Origin: Priapulus caudatus
Taxonomy: Eukaryota
DNA length: 47,586 bases
Reading direction: 5' to 3'
Assembly: GCF_000485595.1 (NCBI RefSeq)
Contig: NW_014577062.1
Span: 439,477-487,062, forward strand
Shown piece after piece: positions 12,901-24,734 of the stretch. Position numbers and translations under genes: made by a program. Numbering within the stretch: position 1 is the first letter of the stretch; each line of letters starts with the position of its first letter. The notes below the pieces were generated by a model. It made no database searches. It had not been told where the DNA came from and worked only from the letters and a program-made list of their open reading frames with translations.

Positions 12901-14990
12901 AAGATCACTGCGCACGGGGCATGCTGTGAAAATTTGGTTAAGGGGAGTACTTAAACAACTAGCGGTCTCTTACTTCTCTGCTTTTGTTAGATTCTTTCGT
13001 CCCGTTTAATGTCATGTTTCTGCCAAAGCAATGTCACTGTTTGATGTGCATTTGGAGCTAGTTTTGTTTGTCCTATCCGTGTATATAATATGTGGAAGCT
13101 AAACAAAAATAGAACGATACGAAAGTTTTGTCAACCGATTCTTTATTCACTATTATTCCAAACATTCCTTATTTTGTTCTCAGGCTATGCTGTTAAATAG
13201 TTGCACTTAATTGGCTGCATTCTATTATTAGTTTTTTTAAATGTTTTTGAAGCCTTTCAAACGTTTTGGGGGGTATATCACTAATCTGGCATCCAGTTAG
13301 CGGCTGCTACATAGTATGTTAATCGTTGGTTTCTAAAGCAACGAAATGGCACCAGAACGCTTATGTTAAGTAACAACAACAAAACAACAAACAACAAACT
13401 AATAGAGCGTTCGCAACTATAGAGATTAAGGAGGGTCGGGTTTTAGGCGTCACGGTTTTCTGTTCAATAATGTTCTGATCGATGGGTAGATTTACGATTT
13501 CTAGAACGAGGTGGCGTTACTCTTGCCTATGTTCTGCGTGCTTGATGCACTGTACTTGCCATTAGCACGCACGTAGAAGTTGTTCGCATCCGTTCCTGGC
13601 TGACGAATTTCTGAGGCTTGGTTTATGCCGTGAGAGTGTCGCGGAATAACTTGGCAGGTTTCACATGCATATATTATATTGCCATGTGTCCATGATTGCG
13701 GAGAGAAATGTTCATGGCTGTGATCAAAATAGGCATATAGGAGGGAATGTGTCCGTTGATCAAGATGTTACATTTTCTGCTTGAGGTGTGTGGACTGCGT
13801 TTTTATGTAGAGGCGAGGTGGCGGCCTGTGCATATCGTACAGATAAAGTTTGGATTAATGGATTTACGCTTTTTTTGTAGTGTTTTTAAAACAATGCGTG
13901 TTTGGTTTGTGCTTGACTTGTTGAGCAGGCAATTATTCAGTAGGAGCGCTAATCCCGACGAGCCATCCCACCTTGTATCTCGGGAAGCCCACCATAGCCG
14001 TTAGTGCCATCCGATAAGCGTGAGTGAAGAGGCAACTTAGTAAGAGGCCCTAGCACAAAGTGAATTATGGCGGAAGAAGAGTGCTACAGGGAGCGGGGCG
14101 AGTTAAGGTCGTATACAACGAAGGGTAAAGCGAAAGAAATCTTAGTAGTAGGCATTATAAAAGTGACCAGGTAGACGCCTGCTGAGTAATGGTTGCGTAA
14201 ACAAGCTAGGAAATGTGCGGGTATATATATGATCTATTATATCCTATAATTATAGGTAGATGATGCATCCAGGCCGGAGTAATGGGGCGAGAACGTCGAA
14301 GTACAGCGGTATTGACTATGAGAGGGAACTAAATATGTATGTGGTGGAAGCTGTGTTATCATGCCACATTGTAGAGAGTTGCAGATGTTAGAGGGACGAA
14401 GAGGTATATTAAGTGAATGCGTAAGATGGTCAGGACGTGAGGATGCAAAAGGAGAGGAACCAAGACGTGCGGGAAGTGATCGTGAGGTAATATATGGGGA
14501 TAGGGAGCAGTGTGGCCACGCGAGGTCAGTGAGTAATCGTACGGTTAGGCGATATATTGCGAGACAAGAATACAGAATTTAGGGGGAGAGCCAGGAAGAG
14601 AAAAGCTTTGAGGGCAATGATGAGTAAGATGGGGTCATGGGGGGGGGGTAATGAGGTGATGGTGAATAGTAGGGGAGGAGGACTAGTAGGAAGCAAAAGG
14701 TTGGCGAGTGCAGGGAGGCGTAGTTTGGGTGCGCATGCTAGACCGACGCGTACGACTTCCAAGCGGATGGGGGACATAATAATTGCAATAGCAATGTAGC
14801 AATACAGCAGATATAGCCTGTGGTATCCTGCAGAAATGCAAATGCATTCCGAATTGTTTGATTGTTTTCTTCAGTTGACAACTTTCCGTTACGAAGACAG
14901 CACGACCGGCGACGCACGACCCCCAATAGATGACCCCTGCTAGATGACGGACCCGCAGAATAGATTTGACCGCTGCTAGATGACGGACGC
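9936..14990 (+). repeat. Insertion-rich direct copy of 4968-9646 (probable raw long-read / alternate-haplotype duplication)
   Basis: Collinear end to end with 4968-9646 but ~8% longer through scattered 1-nt insertions; abuts the 25-N gap. Confidence 0.9.
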
Positions 14991-17900
14991 CCCAATACGA
15001 TGGTCCCTGCTAGAGTGACGACGCCCAATAGATGACCCCTAGCTAGATGACGACCCAATAGATAGTCCCTGCTAGATGACGACCCAATAGATAGTCCTGC
15101 TAGATGACGACCGCCAATAGATGACGCCCTGCTAGATTACGACCCGCCAATAGATCGTCCTGCTAGGTGACGATCCCAATAGATGGTCGCTGCTAGATTG
15201 ACACCTCGCTGAATAGATGACCCCTGCTAGATGACTGACCCAATAGATAGTCCCTGCTAGATGACGACCCCAATAGATGGTGCCTGCTAGAGTGACGACC
15301 CCAATGAATGACCCCTGCTAGTGACGACGCAATAGGTAGTCCCTGGTAGAATGACGACGCCCAATAGATAGTCCCTGCTAGATGTACGACCCCCAATAGA
15401 TGACCCTAAATAGATGACGACGGGCGAGGCCGGGCCCAATAGATAGTCCCTGCTAGATGACTGACCCCAAGGGGAGATGGTCCTGCTAGATGCACGACCC
15501 TTACCATAGAGATCGGTCCTCCTGCTAGATCACGCCTCCCTTGCCACATAGGATATGGCCCGCTCTGCGCTCTGATATGAGAGCCGACCCCCAGTGAATA
15601 TGATAACCTCGTCATCAGATATTTGACCTCTCTACATGGCTTTACCTTGCTACTCCCAATAGATGATGTGTGTATATTCACTTCAATCGTGACTTCCATG
15701 TATAGATGACGCAACCCCGCAATAGATTAGTCTTGAACACTAGCTAATTGGTTTCTTATGGCACAGATAACAAATAGATGGCCCTGCTAGATGACGAGCC
15801 TTCATTGTACACACTTGTAAGTAAATTAGTGCCCTTTCACAACAACAGACCAATCAGAGTGAGGCTTTTACACATGTAGACTAACGCTGCATGATCTCCC
15901 TCCGCAAATTTAAGTATGTAGCCTGTGCCTAGGAGCTGATGATGACTGACTGATACACTTGAACTCGTCCCTGCTGATAGGATGACTGAGTATCGTTCTC
16001 GCTAATAAGATGGTCGGTCACCGAATTTTATGCAAGAGTAAGAGCAAGGGCGGCTGAGTATTAGGATAGCCTACACATTGCATAGATTTACTGATTAGAA
16101 GTAACCCAATAGACTGGCTGCTGGGATTAGTGAATGAGTGGAAGTGTACTAACCACATGATCACGCAATAGATTGAGATCGCCATGGTGTTAAGAAAGTG
16201 AACGCATGTGCTCGACAAATGAGGAGGTGTGGTTTCTCGCTTGATCTCTTCCGATGAGCCGCTTACCCCTGAAGATGAGTGGCGTCACTCGGTGAGCACT
16301 GAGACATCTCGGCCCCAAGTACGGCTACTGCTCAGCGCGGCATAGCCCATGACGACAGACCGCCCAGTAGGGTCTAGCAGAGTAGATGGTCCCCCCTACT
16401 AGATGACGACCCCAATAGATGGCCCCTGCTAGATGAGACCTCCATAGATGGCCCTACTAGGAGCTGACGTATACCTCACCTCTGATAGATCACCCTGTTG
16501 AGGATGGACCACGCACCTCCGTTCTGGAGTAGGCACTTCTGAATTAGAGACAGTACTTGTTTATGCGAGATGAACGACCGCGAATATATCAAACTAGAAT
16601 CTGCTGAGTCGCTGGATCGTTTAAGCTTGATGTATCAACTGAACCTCTTAATCATTTATCTATCGCGCTAATAAGATGGCCCCTGGCTAGTATGAACGAC
16701 CCATAAAATAGCACGCTATGATAGATATGTCTGTGTAGTGCCCCTGTTAGATGACGCACGCACAACTCAAGAATATACTACTAAGATTGTGTCGGCCTTG
16801 TTTACGATGACGACCTAATACGCCGGCGCGCGGCCAATGGGTGCAACGTATTGATTAACGAATCCTAGATAGAAATGCTTCCTGTCTCTCTCATTGCACA
16901 ATTTTGGTACATAGCGCCCCGTCATACGATTGACAGAACTTACCTCCCATTACGAGGTGTAGCCCTCCTGTCTGAGTGACGACCTTCTCAATGGATGTTG
17001 CGGCCGCCATCTAGATAGGTATCGCGACCGCCGCGCCATCCAATTAAGATCTGGCACTCACTTTTGTTTAGAGACGATCTATTGACTTTTAACTCAGATG
17101 GTGAGTGACCGAGGCTCGGAAGTGACATTTCATGGTCGCCTGTTAGATCGACGACCTCAACATCCATTAGGATCTGTAGTCATCCGCGCTAGTATAAGAT
17201 ATTCGAAGTTACACTCCTGCACCTAGAGAATGAGAATGTGTCCGCATCGATAAGTCAATTAGTTGGTGTGAACAACGGGAGATATACCAATAGGTTGCGT
17301 TTCCGGCGCTAAGATGTTCGACGTCATGATTGACAAACCACCGATTCACGAGATATATGGTATGTGTGACTCCATTTTTGGGTGTACGGGATGAATAGTA
17401 TCCCCGTCACGCCCTCAGACTGCGCTCACTTAGATGGCCCTTGCGTAGATGACGATTTCAGCCTAGCCAATGCCCAACCAAACTAAAAATTTGCAGACAA
17501 ATATTTTCCAAGCAAGCGGTGACTGACAGATACGGAATGTGCACGCGCCTCGCTTTGTCAGATGACGAACCGACTCGCGATGTCGCCAGATCTCAGCCGC
17601 ACAGTGCGGTACAGGTTAGTCACATGAATATTCGCTGAGCGCTTGTATTCTCTGCCTGTTGCGTGCTCGGACGCTTAGAGGGCACTACGTGATTTTGGCT
17701 GGGCGGCGCCGGCGCGCCATCTTAAAAATTTTAACTTCGAAAAGATTGAACGCGTGCGCCCAGATAGCGGCGAGCGCACATTACATCGCTAGACAAGTCA
17801 AGATCTGTGCATGCATATATAGAATTTTCTCATATTAAATTTTCTAGTTATTTTTTATATGGCGCCAGGCAATAGCGGCTTCCATAGACAACTGTGGAAT

Positions 17901-19200
17901 AACTGCTCGAGACAATGGTGCTGAAGATGTGTAAACAACGGACAACCTTTTTACTATTTAACTGTTAGGTCTGGTTTCGCATGCGCATGGGGCGCCGCGG
18001 TGTCGTTTTATACTGTGAGCGACTAACACAAGATCAAAAGAAATACCGATAAGAAAAAAGACACGATCGCTACTACTTAATGCTTAACTAGTAGCCAATG
18101 GCACTATTATCTCGAAAAATACTTGTCAGTGTTTTGTGCATAGTTGCACTGCTGGCTCGTATTATAATATGAACCGTTGTATTTTGATTCTCTATAATAG
18201 AAACATCACGAGCATTGAAGCCACACTATCTCTACGCGCAAACTTCGCTACATCGTGGCTGCTCTGTGTGTTCACACAAGTGATCGAATCTAAGCAAACT
18301 GCCTATTTGCATTGAGCCGCTTAATAAGCATCCTGGATCAATACGTCACAATTATGCTGTCTCAGAGTCGCTTGCCATTCATTTGGCCCCGGGCATACGG
18401 GAGCTAAGATGGTCTCGCGTCGTCGATTAACTCTCGATAGTTCTATTAAAAGAATATCCTTGTTGTCATTGCTTAGAGTTAGCCGCAACGTTTCGACACG
18501 TTCTCGACATACATCATTCCATACAGCCGCTTTAAATATATGTCGCATTTATGAGCGAATGGTCATAGAAGCGTCTAGTTTTGTTTTCTACATGTATTGT
18601 CTTATCTGATTCGTGCAAAATTCTCCTACATTAATACGTGGCGCACATTATGAACAAATAGAAACTTTCAACAGTGGATAGCCGAGAAGGACAGATCGTT
18701 TTACTAACTGACGGTCCCAGGCGTCAATCTGATTAGCAGAAGACTTGTGAGTTGTGCGGAGTATGTTGGTTTCTTCAATGATTGAGTTCTATGAGTACTG
18801 TTTTGTGTGTAAGATGGCGAGACAGAGCATTCTCCCTTGCGTGGTTTTTTATGTTCGTGAGATGGGTCTCATTTAATATATTCGTTCGATATTAAGAGGA
18901 GGATAACATGCAGTAGGAGCTATGAATCATTCTTTGTTAGACTTGTTTTCAGAGATAGAATGGATTCAATGTATTAAGCGTCGTTAGGTATCTTTACGTT
19001 ATTGATTTTTATGTAACAGGCGTGCTGCCAGGTGATAAATAGCATAGTCAGTAATAGGTTGTGTCGGTATGTCATGTTTATATAGCATGTCAGAGAAAAA
19101 TTTGCTAGCATTGGGTTGTTTTATCGTTACTTACTGATAACTGCTTTTAGGTAGCTCCTTAGAAATTTCACACAGAAGTATCTATGATAAACAATATAAC
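14918..19200 (+). repeat. Composite repeat copy 1: 31-bp array (to ~17560) + tail, very low sequence quality
   Basis: Array units decay into noise; 17560-19200 contains in order the anchors of 28905-29733 (GATGACGAAC-GACTCGCGATG, GGCACTACGTGATTTTG, CGAAAAGATTGAACGCGT, TCGCATGCGCAT). Confidence 0.75.
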
Positions 19201-19388
19201 TAATCGGAGAGGACGAAATTTATTGGATGCTAGCATTTCGCATGCATATCTCACGAAATTTCAATGAACACGTTCTGTCGAAGAACGCCCAATATAACCC
19301 TAACAAATGTAAAAAAAGATGAGATTATATGGGACAAGAATGGTATTCGGTCTAGTGATGTGGCTGCACTTGTGTTAGGGTCGAGTGA

Positions 19389-19784
19389 TTAAAGGGTATA
19401 GACCGTTGTGAGTAGTTAGTGGTTTTATATGTGTACGCCATGTTCTCTATCCTTGGGCGTTTCCGCATGAAGAACCGGGTCGAGTGCGAGACCGATTTAG
19501 CGCCTCGTCTTTTTTGATATACACCAGACAATGAGACTATTGAATGAGAAACGAAACGCTTCAACAGATGAATAGATAAATATTTAAATATAACAAGAAA
19601 ACTCAATTTTTATTACTCACCAGCGAGGTTTCTTGTTTTTATTTTTTGTTCATGGATGGAGAATCCTTAAAACTCGGCCTGAATCAAAAATCTAGGCGCT
19701 TCCCGTGTTTTGCTCATATGCCGGCTTACTAAAATGTGTACACTTGTAACATTGCGGCGGCTGAATGGTGTATCCGCCCCTTAA
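19389..19784. mobile_element. Possible second Kolobok-like non-autonomous element
   Basis: TTAAAGGGTATAGACC at the left and GGTGTATCCGCCCCTTAA at the right are imperfect inverted termini bounded by TTAA. Confidence 0.35.
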
Positions 19785-20024
19785 AACCCGAAAGTTTCCG
19801 AAGATGACATTTTAATTAGTAGGTGGCTGCCATCCTAGATATAGAATCACAAAATATTCTGTTTCTATATCTATGCTGCATCGAAGATTGAAGATTGATT
19901 TGAAGATTAAGAAACAGTTTCTTTGTGCATAAGACTTCATAATACAGAGTAACACGTTTAAAAGGATAATTAACATGTAGAAGTCAATTTTAATCAGTTT
20001 AAGCACGGGAGTGGCGAAGGACAC

Positions 20025-20620
20025 TAACGGGACAGTAGGCCTCTAGGATTTTATGGCATACAACTGTACTTTACTGTATACAAATCGTCTATACTCACAC
20101 ATGAATTTGTCACCAGATACTTAATTAATTATTTAGCAATCAACGCAGACACAATTGAACGGCGCCATGACACCGCGACGTGCTGCCACCTGAAAACAGT
20201 TTTGCGTATTTGCATTTTTATTTTGCAGGTAATGACTCGAGGGCTAATGCACAAAAGTGCAATTATATTTATACTAAATGCTTATTTAACCGAACGATAT
20301 TTCATTTTTAGGGCAAATTTATCCATATTATAAGTGAAACTATATTCGTCTTATAAGATTCAGCAATCCTTTTGCTTTTACAATGAATAAATAAGAAATA
20401 CCCTCGTTGTAGCCCTTGGCTGGAAAAGTGGTTTTGCGCAACTTTCAGATCGTGCGCTTTGAGTGGCGCCACCGTCCGTTGAATCAGACTGTGCTCGTTA
20501 TTTTAAAACATAAAAAAAAATATTTCTAATGGTGATTGACCATGAAACTTTTATGTAGCGGCAATTATAACCAAATTAGCTGAAACATAACCCTAAGACA
20601 TAGAGGCTACTGTTCTTTAA
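20025..20620. mobile_element. Non-autonomous Kolobok-like DNA transposon
   Basis: Terminal inverted repeats TAACGGGACAGTAGGCCTCTA (20025-20045) and TAGAGGCTACTGTTCTTTAA (20601-20620), consistent with a TTAA target and purine-purine termini. Confidence 0.6.
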
Positions 20621-20799
20621 GTCTACTATCTGCCACGCCAAGAGTAGTTAAACGTAAGCAGCCGCTGAATAACATCAATAATCTACATAGTAATTATATT
20701 AATTATATAAATATGAGTGTGGGTGTATGTATGTATGGCAATATGTATATAATGATGTACGTATGGGTGTCGATGATGGTAAAGTGCACTTTGCCTGCA

Positions 20800-21590
20800 C
20801 AGGTTATACGGATTTTTTTTCTTTATCTATTTTCTTACACATGTTGTAAGATATGCAATAGCAAATTACATTACTGCAAAACATATTGCAACTTTTCAAT
20901 TCGTTTTATATCTATTGTGAGTGTCGTGCGAATATGTTTATGTTTGTAATAGTGGATATAATGGTGTATGAACCGAGTTGTCGAATTAAATGATGGTGCT
21001 AAAAGGATAACTAGATTGTACATATGTAGATAGGAAGTTGATTTTTTTGTCATGTTTTTAGTTTTTGATATCATGTTGTTCTGAGCGCAGCTGCTTTTGT
21101 CACTGTATTCCAGCTCAGGAACATCATTTCTACCTGCTAACTTTACCGTATCATCTTTATTGTACAGAATATGGCTGAGGTTTTTTTCTCGTTTATATTT
21201 TTTCTTCGTGTACTGGATATAGCACTGTTTTGTATGTATCACTGCAGAAAGCTTTCCATTTCTTTTTTTTCTTTTTTTATATAACTGCTCCAACCTTACC
21301 TTAATCACTTTACTTGTACATAATATGCTGAATTTTTTTTTTTTTCATCTGTCCTATCAATGTTTTTGTACTGTATCACTGTGACATTTTGGGGGATCGT
21401 GGGTATATTGCTATAGTTTTAGTATGTACAATGTTTATGTTGACCCAATGGGAATAGTGTGTTAGCCACAGCTTTTTGTGTTTCATCCTCGATAATTTTC
21501 TACTCCTGATTTTGTTTTATATTATGCTGTTATCGACTGTAATGTATGCTTTGTTAATTATCGAACGAAATAAATAAAACAAAAAATCAA
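20800..21590 (+). mobile_element. Possible 3' UTR of an L2/CR1-like LINE
   Basis: T-rich tract, GACCCAATGGGAATAG..CAGCTTTTTGTG stem-like motif, then AATAAATAAAACAAAAAATCAAA tail. Confidence 0.3.
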
Positions 21591-21599
21591 AATGGTAAT

Positions 21600-24545
21600 G
21601 AAGATTCATATAAGGCAGCAATTAGAGTAGAGAACACGTTATGGCAAATTCCGAAGCGTAAAGCAAGCGTTATAAATAAAAGGAGAAAAGTGTACAGGAA
21701 ACAAATATGTATGACAAATATACAATGAATATAGATGAGCAAGAACGATATACGTCGACTTTAGGATTATGCAAGATCGTCAAGTTAAAACTCAACAACT
21801 CAACATAAATTGATCAATTAATAACAACAAAACAATAGCAGGAACGAAGCAAGATTGCGTAAGCAAACAAACAAAAGACTTTTTCACATATGTAAGCATA
21901 AGCGAAATTATCACAGTAGATGCATTTTATTAAATTCATATAAGGAATCATATATGTAGCACGAAGGTTTGCGTACAGAAATAAGTAGGTTAGTGAAAAA
22001 CATACCGTTGACAAAAAAAATTAAATAAAATATTAATATAAAAATTATATAACAATATAATAACATCAGTGAAAACTGATAACTTTAATTACTGAGAGCC
22101 AATAACACAATCACAGTCCTGTACAAATAACTAGGTGACTCAGTCTAGCTAATGATATGAGACAGCTCAAAAAACAATTTTTGTACGATTTAAGATGTTT
22201 ATCGTTAAATCGTTAACGCATTTTATGTTTATATAATAATATAAGTAACAAATCAGTGAAAGGATCCAACTAGGTGTTACACCGTAGTGTTGTAATAAAA
22301 CTATTTTATAATGGATTTTGAACCTTGAGAAGGGTAGGGTTTTTTATATTGTACGGGTATTTACTGCCAGAGTTTTGACCTACAAACTTTAGAGATTTTA
22401 TTGCGCAAGAGAAGTGTTAAACGCTTGGAGTGATAGGAACATTGCTGTTGAAAGTCTTCTATAGTGGAGTGTACATGAAGAGATTCTAATCAAATAGTTG
22501 GGCGGAAAAGGTCAGGCAGTTCGTTGCAAGTAAACTTATCATAAAATTTGGGCTAGTTCTAGTTTATGAATATATTAAGTTTTAGGAGACCTGTTTAGAG
22601 AATAAGGGGTACGTGTGCTCTCATTCAGGCAAAACTCATGTATTTGATAATCTCTATTGTGGACGCGAGTTGATTGTTGAAAGGGTGGGTTTTGTTCGCT
22701 GACTCCCAACTTAGGGTTCCATATATAAAGGTAAGGGTAAACTAGGCAAAAGTAAATCATCTTTAGCCGTACTGACATTTACGTAGTGTCTGGTAGTTTT
22801 GATGCTAATTCCCGCAGATTTAGCCAGTTTAAGTGGCTTGTAAATTTAACTTGAAATCCCATTTAATTTAGTGTGCAAAATGACACCCAGGTATTTTATA
22901 TTATTATCAGTTGTAGCTTGAAGTTATAATTAATTCTAAACATGTCATAATTACATTTTTTGTTACTGAGAATCATGTATTTAGTCTTTTCACAATTTAG
23001 AGATAATATATAGGCATCTAGCCACTTCTTCTTGACATGTTCAATTTCTGCGATTTTACATTATTTAGTTAAGTAAATTTGAACTTGACATAAAAAGATT
23101 CGTATCACAGCAAATAATCTGGAAGCTAAAATTTGAAGGCTAAAGGGGACGGTCATTTACAGATAAAATTAGAAAAAGTAGGGGTTCAGAGAGTTGATCC
23201 GCTGTGAACACCGAAGCGATATATTCAAGATCGAATATGAGTCATTAAATTGTGACATATTGTTTACGATTTGAGAGAATGAGGCTTGTGCAATAGTTCT
23301 TTAGGTTGGGACTGTCTCACACCATAGTGTTCGAGTTTAGAAAGCAGTATATTATGCTGACAGTAAATCAAAAGCCTTTGACAAATAAGAAAGATCACTC
23401 GAATATTTGTCTTCATCTATTGATTTAAAGGAGAGTATCATAACAATTCAGAATTGCCAGTGTGGTTGAATGATTTTTTCTAAATCCAACTTGAAAGGTA
23501 GAGAATATACTCACATTTGACTAGAAACTTGTAGAGTGCTGTCATAAATTAATTTTTTCAAATTTTTTGAAAGGGTGATAATAGAGATATGGGGGCGAAT
23601 AGTTTGAAAGGGTGTTTGGAGTCGCTTTGTAGACTAGGTATTAAATTTTAGCAAAATTTTTAATATATTAGGGAATAACACCTCTTGTTAGCGACGCAGT
23701 CATTAAAAATATCACACATAATGCATGGGAGCAACGCTGGGTTTTTAAGAATCCTTGCTAAATTTATTAGGAATATTGTAGGTCCTGCGGCTTTCCTGGA
23801 TTCGCAGGTTATTTATGATATTCTAGAATCTCTTCAATCAATGAGTTTAAAAAGAACTTCTGTGATTAGAAAGGGGAAGAAATTTGAGTGATTCCTTCGT
23901 GTATTTTTGAATTTTTTTTGCCATTTCCGGCCTACCATTTGGTAAGTAAGAGTTAAATGCTTGGCATGATTGCAGTCGTGTCTGTAGTAGATGTGTTGTC
24001 ATCTGTTCAGAGTTTGTCTGGCATGGTACTGTGTTTTATTTTTAACATTAACTATTTATTGATAGTGTTCCATGTCTTCTGTAAGTTAGCTTTGTGTTTG
24101 AAGAAGTTGTTGTGGTAGTCATTTCTTTCTAGGCAAGGTCTTTTAGTGATTTAGCGGATTTGAGTATTAAATATTGTTTGTAGAGTTTCTGCAGAGAGTG
24201 GCTAGCCGTGAAGATGGTGAGTTACAAACATGTTTTTCCCTTGTTATTGATGGACTTTAGATATCCACTAGATAAATCCACGTCTTGAGTGAAGTTGTTT
24301 TTCTTTACGTGATAGGCTCTGTAGGGGCGTGGGGTATCAACGGTTTCTTTGTATATTTGAAACTATTTTGTCAAGTGCCTATCTGCGGTCAGCAGTATGA
24401 AAATTAAAGTTTGTAATTTTGGTGTTTAGATCATTAGTAAATTCGACTGCGTTGAAGTTCTTGTTGTCTGCTGATACTTTACTTTTTTAGTTAGTTTAGA
24501 TTGGCAGATTTCGCTAGTATAGAAATATGGGGCAGAATGCTCGTC
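21600..24545 (-). mobile_element. Decayed 5'-truncated LINE (CR1/L2 group) ORF2 reverse transcriptase and 3' UTR
   Basis: Ordered minus-strand remnants with many indels: H-LPIF (end of AP endonuclease, ~24540), RKAAGP-NIP, NY-RPISLLSP, LSKAFD..HNILLSKLEHYGVR, GV-QGSTL-PLLFLI..VND, KYLGVILHTKLN, VYPYL, KSLKFVG..KTLPFSRFK. Confidence 0.85.
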
Positions 24546-24549
24546 TCAA

Positions 24550-24732
24550 CACAAAGAAAAAAAGAAAAGAAGAGAAAAAAGGGAAGAACAAAGACAAAGA
24601 GAAGGAAAAGAGAGAAAGAAAGAAGAGAAGGAAGAAAAAGAAAAAGGGAGAACGAGAGAAAGGGAGGTAGAGAGGAGAAAAAGAGGAGAAGAAATGAAGG
24701 AGAAGAGAAGGAAAAAAAAGAAAAGGGAGGAG
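24550..24732 (+). repeat. A/G-only low-complexity tract
   Basis: Almost pure purine run between the LINE 5' end and the composite repeat. Confidence 0.9.
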
Positions 24733-24734
24733 AT

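Noticed and set aside
14918..17560. CRISPR-like pattern of ~31-bp repeats separated by unique-looking sequence
   Set aside because: Clean copies (28760-28910) are head-to-tail with no spacers; the apparent spacers are read noise (the adjoining 830-bp tail is likewise inflated to ~1.6 kb). Eukaryotic context, no cas genes.
18454..18463. ATATCCTTG as the AT-AC donor of the Cav2 intron
   Set aside because: The upstream sequence does not encode a Cav2 N-terminus (no ..EW motif) and it lies within the noisy repeat copy.
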